Shown here in pieces: positions 19,454-28,687 of a DNA stretch of 64,000 nt (positions within the stretch are counted from its first letter, which is position 1; each line of letters begins with the position of its first letter). The stretch lies in contig JBDRHA010000007.1 of the NCBI GenBank assembly GCA_043817235.1, forward strand, positions 73,212 through 137,211. The letters are read 5' to 3'. The position numbers were made by a program, and so were the translations under genes. Source of the DNA: Candidatus Shapirobacteria bacterium (lineage in GTDB: Bacteria > Patescibacteriota > Microgenomatia > UBA12405 > BS750m-G30). The notes under the pieces were generated by a model. It saw nothing but the letters and a program-made list of their open reading frames with translations. It was not told the origin of the DNA and did not search any database.

Positions 19454-20129
19454 TTTTGATCTTTACTTTACTCGCCCGCCAGCGGGCAATTTCTTGATGA
19501 TTGCCTGACAAAAGAACCTTAGGCACTTTCCAATCCATAAAATTTTCCGGACGTGTGTAATGAGGAAATTCAAGAATTTTTCCCGCCGCTTCTTTTCTGT
19601 TAGCCCATTTTTTCATTGCCGGAGAAAACGATTCGATTTCTGAAGCTCCTTCTTTTTCCAAGACTCCGGGCAAAAGTCGAGAAATAGCGTCAATTAAAAC
19701 TAAAGCCGGCAATTCTCCACCGGACAAAACATAATTGCCAATAGATATTTCCTTGTCTATTAGGTGTTTTCTAATCCGTTCGTCAATGCCTTCATAATGG
19801 CCGCAAAGAAGAACTAGATGCTTTTCTTTAGATAAATTACTGGCCTTTTTTTGGTTAAATATTTTTCCTTTGGGAGAAAGAAAAATCACTTGAGAATTTT
19901 TCTTTTTTAGTTTTCTTAAAGCATTATAGACGGGCTCAATTCTCAGAATCATTCCTGGGCCGCCGCCGTAAGCAGTGTCATCCACGGTTCCTCGCTTATC
20001 TATTCCCCAGTCTCTTAAATTATGTGCCTTAACTTTTAAAACACCCACTTTTCGGGCTTTTTTAATCATGCTCCAGTCAAAAAAAGAGTCTAAGAATTCT
20101 GGGAAAAGAGTCAAAACATCAACTTTCAT
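19446..20129 (-). CDS. trmD: tRNA (guanine37-N1)-methyltransferase
   Basis: The protein reads MKVDVLTLFPEF... RGTVDDTAYGGGPGMILRIEP, matching the TrmD SPOUT fold motifs. Confidence 0.9.
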   Translation of the reverse strand: MKVDVLTLFPEFLDSFFDWSMIKKARKVGVLKVKAHNLRDWGIDKRGTVDDTAYGGGPGMILRIEPVYNALRKLKKKNSQVIFLSPKGKIFNQKKASNLSKEKHLVLLCGHYEGIDERIRKHLIDKEISIGNYVLSGGELPALVLIDAISRLLPGVLEKEGASEIESFSPAMKKWANRKEAAGKILEFPHYTRPENFMDWKVPKVLLSGNHQEIARWRASKVKIKND

Positions 20130-20133
20130 AAAC

Positions 20134-20949
20134 TTATTTTAATGGACTTTTAATATTTTTAAGCTTTGGATTTGTCACCTGTGTATACCGTTGAGTTGTT
20201 CTGATATTTTGGTGCCCGAGAAGCTCCTGAACGTAGCGGACATCTACACCGTTTTCCAGTAAATGAGTAGCAAAAGAGTGCCTAAGCGAATGAAAAGTTG
20301 CGTTCTTTTTTATGTTTGAAGCGTGAAGCGATTTTTCAAAAATTTTCTGAGCTGTTCTTGTGGTTAGTTTTCCGCCTCGCTCGCTGGCAAAAACAAGATC
20401 ATTTTTTGATTTTCCCGCAATCAGATTCCTAAGGTGGTTTGTTAATTTTTTTGGTAATACGCTGATGCGGTCTTTTTGTCCTTTTGCGTGCTTGATATGA
20501 AGAATCATTTCTCCTAAATCCAAATCTTGGATTTTCAAAGCAATAACTTCGCTTACTCGCAAACCTGCTCCATACGCAAGCGATAAAAGAAGCTTATGTT
20601 TTGTATTTGTCAGAGTTTGCAAAATCTTTTCAATCTCGACTCGCGATAGCACCACCGGCAAACTTTTGGGCTTTTTTGCTGAGCGTATTTTAATTTTCTG
20701 TGGATTTTTCACTATATTGCGGTAGTAATATTTGATTGCGTTTAACAACAAATTTCGAGTTTGGAGGGAGACTTTTTTTTGTTCACAATGATGTAAGAAA
20801 TTTCTGATGTTTTCCTGATCAAGCTCTTCAAAATTATCTTTCTTGAAGGTGAAATATTCCTGCAAACTATAAAGATAGCTTTTTATGGTCTTTGGACTGT
20901 AATTGAGAATTTTTAACTCCCGTTTGGTTTTTTCAAGTTGCTCTTGCAT
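20134..20949 (-). CDS. XerC/XerD-like tyrosine site-specific recombinase (short, 271 aa)
   Basis: The catalytic R..H-R-Y region is present (GLRVSEVIALK, HSLRHSFATHLLENGVDVRYVQELLGH, TTQRYTQV). Confidence 0.85.
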   Translation of the reverse strand: MQEQLEKTKRELKILNYSPKTIKSYLYSLQEYFTFKKDNFEELDQENIRNFLHHCEQKKVSLQTRNLLLNAIKYYYRNIVKNPQKIKIRSAKKPKSLPVVLSRVEIEKILQTLTNTKHKLLLSLAYGAGLRVSEVIALKIQDLDLGEMILHIKHAKGQKDRISVLPKKLTNHLRNLIAGKSKNDLVFASERGGKLTTRTAQKIFEKSLHASNIKKNATFHSLRHSFATHLLENGVDVRYVQELLGHQNIRTTQRYTQVTNPKLKNIKSPLK

Positions 20950-21109
20950 AATTAGTAGATCTTAGATAATATTGTCTTAATTTTAATGTGTTTGAGGAAA
21001 GATTATCATAACTTCACATAACATACAAATTATGACTTGAATTATGAAAACACTTCGTATAAAAACGAGTTATATGTAATTTGAGTCAGGAACATAAAAA
21101 AATAATGTA

Positions 21110-21125
21110 GGGGCAAAAATTTATA
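21110..21125 (+). repeat. GGGGCAAAAATTTATA motif, copy 1 (right-hand arm of an inverted-repeat pair bracketing gene 21149..22045)
   Basis: An exact copy recurs at 22282-22297, and its reverse complement AAATTTTTGCCCCTT lies at about 22053-22067 and 23391-23405. Each copy sits 8-25 nt upstream of an ATG and contains a -10-like TATA(C/T)(T/A). Confidence 0.6.
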
Positions 21126-21148
21126 TAGATTGCTAATTCATCAATATT

Positions 21149-22045
21149 ATGGACAAAAAAATCTTAAATCACTACTTACAATTTGGCACATTTACTAATC
21201 CTGGTTGCTATAAAGAATTTCTTCAAAATCTTCCAGATGATGTTAAAGAACTGGGCAACTTAATCAGTCATCAAATCATTCATCGCGTTACTCTCAAAGA
21301 AGGCAACACAAAAGCCAATAGAGATTTGCGTTACGGCGATATGAAAAAGCATCCTTGGCATAGATTAAGATGTGAGGATGATGTGTTGCCTACTGCGGTT
21401 TCAATGATTGCAGAATTATTAAGATTTGATGACCGAGGGTTTTTGCCCGACAGAAAAGTTGAAAATAAAATTGTTGTCACTTGTCGTTTTGTGGCAATAC
21501 TTATGGCATCTATATTGAAATCAAAAAATATTCCTTGCCGAGTGAGGTCTGGATTTGCGCCCTATTTCAATAAATATAGCGGTGACCACTGGATTAATCA
21601 GTATTGGGACAGTAAAAAAGAAAAGTGGATCACCTTTGACGCAGATGGATTTTTTGATAAGTCAATTGGGTTTGACCAATATGATATGCCTGAAAATAAA
21701 TTTGATTGGGCGGCAAATACTTGGCTTGGAATAAGAAACAAAAAATTAGATGCCAACAATTTTAGAAATGCGGACGGTTCTGTCGGGCTTATGCCAGTTC
21801 TTTGGGCAATATTTTACGATTTTCATAGTTTGATGAACAACGAAATTCTTTATAATCAAATGCCCAGTTATATTTATTTCAAATTTGATAAATTAACTGA
21901 AAAAGATTTTGAAGAAATTGATGAATTAGCCAAATTGATGTTAGAACCAGATAAAAACTTTGATGAATTAGTCAAAATCTGGAATACAAAGAAGAAATTC
22001 AGAATTTTGAATGGTCCACTTATTGGTGATAGCGATCACTTTTAG
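21149..22045 (+). CDS. Transglutaminase-like cysteine protease superfamily protein
   Basis: A Cys-His-Asp arrangement is present (VVTCRFVAILMASILKSKNIPCRVRSGF ... GDHWINQYWD ... WITFDADG). Confidence 0.55.
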   Translation: MDKKILNHYLQFGTFTNPGCYKEFLQNLPDDVKELGNLISHQIIHRVTLKEGNTKANRDLRYGDMKKHPWHRLRCEDDVLPTAVSMIAELLRFDDRGFLPDRKVENKIVVTCRFVAILMASILKSKNIPCRVRSGFAPYFNKYSGDHWINQYWDSKKEKWITFDADGFFDKSIGFDQYDMPENKFDWAANTWLGIRNKKLDANNFRNADGSVGLMPVLWAIFYDFHSLMNNEILYNQMPSYIYFKFDKLTEKDFEEIDELAKLMLEPDKNFDELVKIWNTKKKFRILNGPLIGDSDHF

Positions 22046-22305
22046 TGGAAATAAATTTTTGCCCCTTTATTTAATAAAATGTTTCTGACTCAAACTCACT
22101 CCGCTACGCTCCGTGCCACGTTGCGCTCTCCCTACACTTCGTTTCGGTCGGGACATATAACAAAGATTATGAGGAAAATGGCTCGGCTCGCCATTTTCCC
22201 AAATTTGCTCCACTTCGTTCCGCAAACTTCTCATAATCCTGACGTTAAGTGAAATAATTTTTAGTGACGATATCTTTTTAAGGGGCAAAAATTTATACTA
22301 CAAAT
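22046..22305. repeat. About 250-bp intergenic element bounded by a 15-bp inverted repeat (AAATTTTTGCCCCTT ... AAGGGGCAAAAATTT), MITE-like
   Basis: The terminal inverted repeats are at 22053-22067 and 22282-22297. The internal GC-rich block (ACGCTCCGTGCCACGTTGCGCTCTCC...CGTTTCGGTCGGGACATAT) resembles blocks in other intergenic regions of this array. Confidence 0.45.
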
Positions 22306-23391
22306 ATGACAAAGTTTATTCTCGGGTTACAACTGTGTGAACAATTTTATAAAGAGGTCGTGAAAGTTCTCATCGAAACAGAGTTTCATGGGCTCAAATA
22401 CTCTGCTGGATTGATTGGGTCTGGTTCGGAGGTTTTTGGTTTTGATACAGAGCGTTCGACCGATCATCATTGGGGTCCGCGTGTCCTGCTTTTTCTTTCT
22501 TCAAAAGACATCAGTAGGAAGAAACAAATTTCTGATTACCTCAGCAACAATCTTCCTCCAACATTTCATGGTTACTCAACACATTTTGGCAATCCTGACG
22601 AAATAGGTGTACAGCTTCTATCCGAGGCAAAAGCAGGACAACCGATCAATCATCGTGTGGAGATTTACACAATTGAATCATTTTTCAAAGAGTATCTGTT
22701 GATTGATCCCAATGATGATCTCACTGCTTCCGATTGGCTCACTCTATCCGAACAGAAACTCCGAACCATACGGAGCGGCAAAATTTTTTACGACCAACTT
22801 GGATTAAAGGCAGTTCAAAATAAACTCCATTATTATCCCAAAGATGTTTGGTTTTATATGCTTGCGTCTGAATGGATGAAAATAAGCCAAGAAGAACCGT
22901 TTGTTGGTCGTACTGGAGATGTGGGTGATGAATTAGGATCAAAAATTATTGCCGCTCGACTTGTGCAATCAATCATGAAACTCTGTTTCTCAATGGAGCA
23001 AGAATACGCACCATACAGCAAGTGGTTTGGTACGGCTTTTTCACGCTTAAAGTGTGCTAAAAAACTTTCGCCGATTTTGGATAAAGTCCTTTCCGCCAAA
23101 GATTGGAAAGAGCGTGAAAAATACCTTTCTCAAGCCTACAAAGTTGTTGCTCAAATGCACAATGATTTGAAACTCACCAAACCACTTGCAACAGAAGTAT
23201 CGAGCTTTCACGACCGACCTTATTTAGTGATTCACGGAGATGTCTTTGCAAACGAACTCAAGAAGAAAATCAAAGACCCTGCTGTCAAAAAGATTTCCGC
23301 TGATATTGGCTCCGTGAATCAATTCTCCAACACAGTTGATCTGCTAGAAAACGATAAACTGATGAAGAAGCTAAAAATTCTATACCGATAA
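22306..23391 (+). CDS. Nucleotidyltransferase-fold protein (minimal NTase N-domain plus DUF4037-like C-domain)
   Basis: The N-terminus carries the hG[GS]...D.E NTase signature (LIGSGSEVFGFDTERSTDHHW). Confidence 0.5.
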   Translation: MTKFILGLQLCEQFYKEVVKVLIETEFHGLKYSAGLIGSGSEVFGFDTERSTDHHWGPRVLLFLSSKDISRKKQISDYLSNNLPPTFHGYSTHFGNPDEIGVQLLSEAKAGQPINHRVEIYTIESFFKEYLLIDPNDDLTASDWLTLSEQKLRTIRSGKIFYDQLGLKAVQNKLHYYPKDVWFYMLASEWMKISQEEPFVGRTGDVGDELGSKIIAARLVQSIMKLCFSMEQEYAPYSKWFGTAFSRLKCAKKLSPILDKVLSAKDWKEREKYLSQAYKVVAQMHNDLKLTKPLATEVSSFHDRPYLVIHGDVFANELKKKIKDPAVKKISADIGSVNQFSNTVDLLENDKLMKKLKILYR

Positions 23392-23766
23392 TTTTTTGCC
23401 CCTTTTTATGGAAGTCACTAAAAATTACTCTCGCCAGCCCTTCGGGACGTTGCACTCTGGCTCGGGCTTCGCCTCACTTAACACAGAATATGCGGTTCTC
23501 TGCATTGCATTTGTTCTCCCAAATCTCTTGACTGATGTAAAATACAGCATATCAGTCGGCGTGACTTCGCCCATACTGGAACGTTATATGTATCTAGCGG
23601 ATATTCTCAACCGCTACCAATACACGGCAGAAGAGTTTGGCAATGCTTACCTCAAGAAAATGAATCACAATCTTAAGAGGGATTATTCAAAAAGCCAAAC
23701 GCAAATAATCGAGTTTTACTTCTTCGTTCCTCGAGCTCATTCAATTAGTTTTTGAGATAATCAATT

Positions 23767-24342
23767 ATGAAATTAGACACTTTTATCATTGGCAATCTAG
23801 AGAAAAACTTTTTGAGAAAGAGAAATAACGCAATGAAAAAATCAAAGGCCGATTTAGTCATGATTTTAAATACGGATATTGAAGTTTCCAATGTCAAGCC
23901 AACACTCAAACTCTTCGAGAAAGACGATAAGCTTTTTGCCGTCACTTTCTCGCCAGAATCTAGCCAATCGAAAATTGTAAAAAACGCTGAATTTGCCAAC
24001 GGTGGTTCTTCAATCTACAGAAGAAAAATTTGGAATAAGATTGGAGGAATAGACTTAATGTATGAGCCTTACTGGTGGGACGACGTTGATTACTCTTACC
24101 AAGCCAAGAAAATGGGTTACAAAATACTTGCTGATGGTAGAGTCAAAGTTGTCAAGAAAAGTGAGCTAGGCACAGACATTTTAGGTCGAAAACCTTATTC
24201 CAAATTTATTTATTACAGGAACCACCTGTTATTTCTCAGAAAAAACAAACCCAAAGAATTTCTCAAAAAATTTAAAAAACCTCTTTATCTTCCTCTACTG
24301 TTACTTGTCGAACTTAGGTTTAGAAAATTTCATAATTGCTAA
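23767..24342 (+). pseudogene. N-terminally truncated GT2 glycosyltransferase fragment
   Basis: The ORF begins inside the GT2 fold (..ADLVMILNTDIEV.. ; ..YWWDDVDYSYQAKKMGYKI..) and lacks the SYN / DGS.D N-terminal region. It is preceded by repeat-element sequence rather than an intact 5' end. Confidence 0.5.
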
Positions 24343-24373
24343 TTTATTTTAATTGACATTCGCTCTGCGGTAC

Positions 24374-24392
24374 TCGACCCCACTGCGTTTTC
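24374..24392 (+). repeat. TCGACCCCACTGCGTTTTC, a conserved GC-rich intergenic block (second copy at 26767-26785, degenerate relatives in other intergenic regions)
   Basis: An exact 19-mer is shared by the intergenic regions downstream of genes 23767 and 26197. Related CCCCA(Y)TGC(R)TT(Y)TC cores occur at about 25958-25972 and about 27538-27556. Confidence 0.6.
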
Positions 24393-24535
24393 AGCCGGAG
24401 AGCAGGGGAACGATTTTACTCTCCTTCTTCAGCTCGCACAACACGGCATGTAGGGTTAATGCCTCAGCTCGGCATTCAACCCAAATTATTCTGTCTTGTT
24501 GTAAAATAGTTTAACAAGCCAGTCTAACTTCCTAC

Positions 24536-24557
24536 ATACCGAAACGTTGTCGGAAAT
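24536..24557 (+). repeat. ATACCGAAACGTTGTCGGAAAT 22-mer, copy 1 (copies at 26131-26152 and, slightly diverged, 27588-27609), each preceded by a hairpin
   Basis: The sequence is identical at 24536 and 26131; 27588 reads ATACCGAAGCGTTATCGGAAAT. Each copy lies 45-160 nt upstream of the next + strand gene (24720, 26197, 27699). Hairpins sit upstream of each copy: CTTGTTGTAAAATAGTTTAACAAG (24495-24518), CATGTT..AACATG plus GTCCGCTTAACTACGGAC (26085-26130), and CGCATAACATAGTATATGCG at 27588. Confidence 0.65.
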
Positions 24558-24719
24558 ACGTTTTTAATTTTAAGATTTTCTGTTCCGCTTTTTATTAAGA
24601 AATAAAAACATTTTAGGGGGATAGAACAAAAGAAGAGTAAAACTTGAAAATCATTTCACCTGCTGTATAATACTGCCAACCTATTATTTTCTGCCCCTTC
24701 GATTTTTACTACAACTATT

Positions 24720-25838
24720 ATGACGCGGGAAATAGAGCCACCTAAAACATTTGAAACTGTCCCCCGACCCAGACCAGACACTTGGACACAGCTCTTTCAA
24801 GACGAAAAAAAATTAGCAGAATTAATGGGGGCATTTAAAGAAGTTACGGGAATTGATTTTTGCAACACTCCGATAAAAGCCTTAGGGAATAGAGTTATAG
24901 TGCCAGAATCGTTGATTACAAGACCAGAAGATATTAGGGGCGGGCCACTTACTGCCCTAGGTATTGTTAGACACATGCTTCTGGGCCATATAGTCATCTC
25001 TCCTTTTGATCCAGAACTGCTTGGTGCCAATGGCTACGATTTTAGAGTGTCTTGTCTACAAGGATATGCAAGAAGAGAAATAATAGAAGGTCTTAAAGAC
25101 AGAATCGGAAAAACCGGTCAAGTAGTTATCTATCATGAAGGATCTCAACCTAGAAGTGAATTCATTATTAATCCTTATAATCCAGATGACGTTGACCACA
25201 TCTGGCATTTAGTCAACGGAACCCAAGTTCAAGACATAAAAAGACAATCTCAAGATGATTGGGCCACTATCATGGGTGAAAATAGAATGGACGCTAGTGA
25301 TTGCCCGATAGATTTAAGAGGTGCACATCCCTTAAATCGTGCCTTTCTTATTCCGGGCCATCAAACTATCTTGTTGCGAACAGAAGAGGTAATTGGAGGA
25401 ATTGGTTGTGTGGTTCCAAAAATGTTGGGAAAATCTTCGAGCAGAAGGTGGGATTTTACTGTATGTGGAGATGCTCAACTTGGTAATTTAAATTGGATCG
25501 GTCATTGGGCCATTGAAGTTCAAAATATTACTGAATACACAAAATTCCTCGTTCACCAAACCCCTCTCGGACAGATGGAATTCACTCTAACAGCTGAAGA
25601 CCTACCCTCAAACTCTTCTTACGCTGGACAATATGCCAGCATCCAAGCAGCAGGAAACAATCTTCAAACTCTTTATTCTAATGTAGAACGGTATAGACAG
25701 AGATATCAAATAAGTGACTTATTACCCAGACCTCTTAGGTCTCCCGGCCCGATAGTAGAAGGGTTGACCCGTGAACAAGCATTCCGCGCTTGGGATAAAG
25801 CAGCAGAGATGTTTGGTACTCCACCAAGACAAAATTAA
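24720..25838 (+). CDS. Hypothetical protein with dCTP-deaminase/dUTPase-superfamily-like N-terminal region; GC-richer than surrounding genes
   Basis: The segment ..GHIVISPFDPELLGANGYDFRV.. resembles the Dcd-type beta-barrel motif. Its codon composition is visibly GC-enriched. Confidence 0.35.
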   Translation: MTREIEPPKTFETVPRPRPDTWTQLFQDEKKLAELMGAFKEVTGIDFCNTPIKALGNRVIVPESLITRPEDIRGGPLTALGIVRHMLLGHIVISPFDPELLGANGYDFRVSCLQGYARREIIEGLKDRIGKTGQVVIYHEGSQPRSEFIINPYNPDDVDHIWHLVNGTQVQDIKRQSQDDWATIMGENRMDASDCPIDLRGAHPLNRAFLIPGHQTILLRTEEVIGGIGCVVPKMLGKSSSRRWDFTVCGDAQLGNLNWIGHWAIEVQNITEYTKFLVHQTPLGQMEFTLTAEDLPSNSSYAGQYASIQAAGNNLQTLYSNVERYRQRYQISDLLPRPLRSPGPIVEGLTREQAFRAWDKAAEMFGTPPRQN

Positions 25839-26196
25839 AAGCAACTCTTTCAGCTCAAAAAATTCACCCCTCACCTCTCTTTTTTTCGCCGAATTTAAAA
25901 CAAGAGAGAAATAAAAAGCGGAACAGAAAATAGAGAATAAAGAACAAAAACGTACTCCTCGCTTCGCTCGCCCCATTGCATTCTCAACTTTTTTCTTTTA
26001 AAAAAATATAGCAAATAGTTTCGGGTCACCTAACACAGTATGTCCGGCTCATACGGTTGCACCTTTTCGCCCTAATTAAGCAGACATGTTGTAAAATTAA
26101 ACAGCCTAACATGTCCGCTTAACTACGGACATACCGAAACGTTGTCGGAAATCGAAAAACATTTAAAATACATCTATTAAAAATTAAGAAAATTTT

Positions 26197-26742
26197 ATGG
26201 CAGTAAAAATAACTTATTTTGTCCATGGCACCACCACCGATAATCAAAAGGAAATCTCTTCTGGTTGGTCTGATGTTGAGCTTTCTGATTTAGGAGTTAA
26301 ACAATCTATAGATCTCAAAGATCAAATTAAAGATAAAAAGCTTGACGTTGTTTTTTGTTCTGATCTCAAGCGAGCAGTTGATTCCGCCAAGCTTACTTTT
26401 GATGGTGTAGTCAAAATTATCCAGGATAAAAGATTGAGAGAATGTAACTATGGTGTACATAATGCTGGTCTATCTAGTATTGTCGAACCTCTCCAAGAAA
26501 AAAGCATCGTCAAAAGATTTCCTGAAGGCGAAAGTTATGAAGATGTTAAAAAAAGAATTCAAGATTTTCTTAATTTTCTAAAACAAAACTATGATGGCAA
26601 GCATGTTGCCATTGTCGCCCACAAAGCGCCCCAACTTGCTCTGGAAGTTCTTTTGAAAGGCAAGACCTGGGAACAAGCTTTTGCAGACGATTGGCGAAAG
26701 AAAAAAGCTTGGCAACCTGGCTGGGATTTTGTTTTAGAGTAA
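26197..26742 (+). CDS. Histidine phosphatase superfamily (phosphoglycerate-mutase-like) protein
   Basis: An RHG-like N-terminal motif (ITYFVHGTTTDN), ..VFCSDLKRAVDSA.. and a later HKAP histidine region are present. Confidence 0.65.
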   Translation: MAVKITYFVHGTTTDNQKEISSGWSDVELSDLGVKQSIDLKDQIKDKKLDVVFCSDLKRAVDSAKLTFDGVVKIIQDKRLRECNYGVHNAGLSSIVEPLQEKSIVKRFPEGESYEDVKKRIQDFLNFLKQNYDGKHVAIVAHKAPQLALEVLLKGKTWEQAFADDWRKKKAWQPGWDFVLE

Positions 26743-26906
26743 ATGTTTTTCGACTTCTCCTTTCAGTCGACCCCACTGCGTTTTCGTCGTTTTGTTTTTT
26801 AAATTTTAACAAACATCCTTAGGTCGTCTAACGCAATATATAGAGCTCGGTTCATTGTCCTCCCTCAAGCCCATATCGCTCATGCTTTTGATATAATACT
26901 TTAAAG

Positions 26907-27515
26907 ATGGCAAAATTACTCTTAACATCTACGGGGCTTGCAAACCAAAATATCACGGATCAGTTTTTACAAATAATAGATAAGCCGGGTTCTCAAATCA
27001 AAATTATATTTGTTCCCGCCGCCGCAAGAAACGAAGAAGAATTAAAATATATTGCCGAATCAAAAAAAGAACTTCTTGACTTAGGCATTTTTGAAGATAA
27101 CATTAAAACTTTGAATTTAGATAATCATGTTTTATTTAAAGAAGTCGAAAATTTTGATGTTATTTATGTATGCGGTGGAAATACTTTTTATCTGCTGAAA
27201 AAAGTTAGAGAAGTTGGCTTTGATAAGGTAATTATTGAATTTACAAAAACTGATAAACTTTACTTTGGAGTTAGTGCGGGAAGTATTTTAGTTTGCCCAA
27301 ATATTGATATTGCAAGTCCCTTTGACGAGAATGATATCAATTTAACTGATTTAACTGGATTAAATTTAACTGATGTGATTGTTTCCCCTCATTATAAAGA
27401 TGAAGAGAAGATGGTTATTGATAATTTCAAGAAAAAGTCACAGTATAAAGTTGTGCCTTTAACTGATGAGCAGGCATTGTTAGTTGTCGACGGGGAAACA
27501 AAAACAGTAGAATAG
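26907..27515 (+). CDS. Peptidase S51 (dipeptidase E / cyanophycinase-like) family protein
   Basis: It has a class-I glutamine-amidotransferase-like fold with a nucleophile-elbow serine (YFGVSAGSILVCPNI). Confidence 0.6.
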   Translation: MAKLLLTSTGLANQNITDQFLQIIDKPGSQIKIIFVPAAARNEEELKYIAESKKELLDLGIFEDNIKTLNLDNHVLFKEVENFDVIYVCGGNTFYLLKKVREVGFDKVIIEFTKTDKLYFGVSAGSILVCPNIDIASPFDENDINLTDLTGLNLTDVIVSPHYKDEEKMVIDNFKKKSQYKVVPLTDEQALLVVDGETKTVE

Positions 27516-27698
27516 CGCGCGTATTTGGAATTCAAGGGGATGCTGCGTTTTCGCATAACATAGTATATGCGGCTACGAACATCGCATATACCGAAGCGTT
27601 ATCGGAAATATTTTTTGTGATAAAATAAATCAAATTAATGCGAGGCGAGGTGCTTAAGTGATTGGTTCAGCCGGAGAGAGATAAAAAGTAAATTTATA

Positions 27699-28676
27699 AT
27701 GGGTGATTATAAAAAAATGAAGAAGGTTTTAATTTGTGGTGCCGGGGGTTTTATTGGCTCGCATCTTGCCAAGCTTCTAAAGAAAGAGGGCTGCTGGGTG
27801 CGGGGAGTGGATATTAAAAAGCCGGAATATAGCAAGAGTGCAGCGGATGAGTTTCTTCTTCTTGATCTTCGGGAAAGAAAAAATTGCCAAAAAGCATTAA
27901 CAAAAAGAGGTGGTTTTGACGAGGTCTATCAGTTAGCGGCTGATCGAGGGGGAGTAGGGTATATGATTCCCGGAGAGTGCGATATGATGGAAAATAATGC
28001 CTTAATGAATATTTATATGATTTCGGAGGCGGTTAAATTGAAAAAAAAGCCTAAATATTTCTTTTCCTCGTCCGTTTGTGTTTATAAAGATATGAAAATT
28101 GGGACGCCAATGATCTTGGAAAAAGATGTTTATCCTGCCTATCCTGACAATGAATATGGCTGGGAAAAACTATATACGGAGAGAATGCTTACTGTTTTTG
28201 GCAAGCGCTACAAAATGCCCATTAGGATCGCTCGATTTCATACTACTTATGGCCCGGAAGCTAATTGGGAGGGGGGACGAGAAAAGGCGGCGGATGCTTT
28301 ATGCCGGAAAGCGGCTTTGGCCAAAGATGGCGACTATTTGGAAGTTTGGGGGGATGGCAAAACGATCAGAGTTTTTACTTATATTGATGACCTACTTTTC
28401 GGAATTCGCGCTTTGATGAAGTCTTCTATCCCTGAGCCAACAAATGTTGGCAGTGATGAATATGTTACTGTTAATCAGTTGGCTAAAACAGTCATTGAAG
28501 CTTCCGGCAAGAACCTAAAGATTAAAAATATTAAAGGGCCGATTGGTGTGCAAAGCAGAAATTTTAGCAATAAACAGATTTATTCTACGGGTTGGCGGCC
28601 AAAAGTATCTTTAAAAGAGGGCATTGCGATTCACTACCAATGGGTCAAAGGAGAGGTAGAGAAAAAATATAAGTAA
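27699..28676 (+). CDS. NAD-dependent sugar epimerase/dehydratase (SDR extended family; GDP-mannose 3,5-epimerase-like)
   Basis: A Rossmann motif (VLICGAGGFIGSHL), the SxnYxxxK active site (SSVCVY...YGWEKLYTERM) are present. The start could be ATG 27699 or 27717. Confidence 0.8.
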   Translation: MGDYKKMKKVLICGAGGFIGSHLAKLLKKEGCWVRGVDIKKPEYSKSAADEFLLLDLRERKNCQKALTKRGGFDEVYQLAADRGGVGYMIPGECDMMENNALMNIYMISEAVKLKKKPKYFFSSSVCVYKDMKIGTPMILEKDVYPAYPDNEYGWEKLYTERMLTVFGKRYKMPIRIARFHTTYGPEANWEGGREKAADALCRKAALAKDGDYLEVWGDGKTIRVFTYIDDLLFGIRALMKSSIPEPTNVGSDEYVTVNQLAKTVIEASGKNLKIKNIKGPIGVQSRNFSNKQIYSTGWRPKVSLKEGIAIHYQWVKGEVEKKYK

Positions 28677-28687
28677 TTAATGTTTAA

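Noticed and set aside
23396-23755. 119-aa + ORF
   Set aside because: It lies entirely over repeat-module sequence (it begins at the TTTTTTGCCCC inverted-repeat copy and spans GC-rich blocks shared with other spacers), so it is more likely non-coding repeat DNA.
25722-25976. 84-aa minus-strand ORF in the spacer after gene 24720
   Set aside because: It overlaps the gene's 3' end and the repeat-module spacer, with no RBS, so it is treated as spurious.
20134-27700. Calling the accessory array a canonical class-type integron
   Set aside because: The recombinase is a 271-aa XerD-like protein without the IntI-specific insertion. I could not identify paired GTTRRRY/RYYYAAC core sites at consistent cassette boundaries. 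It is therefore reported only as cassette-like.
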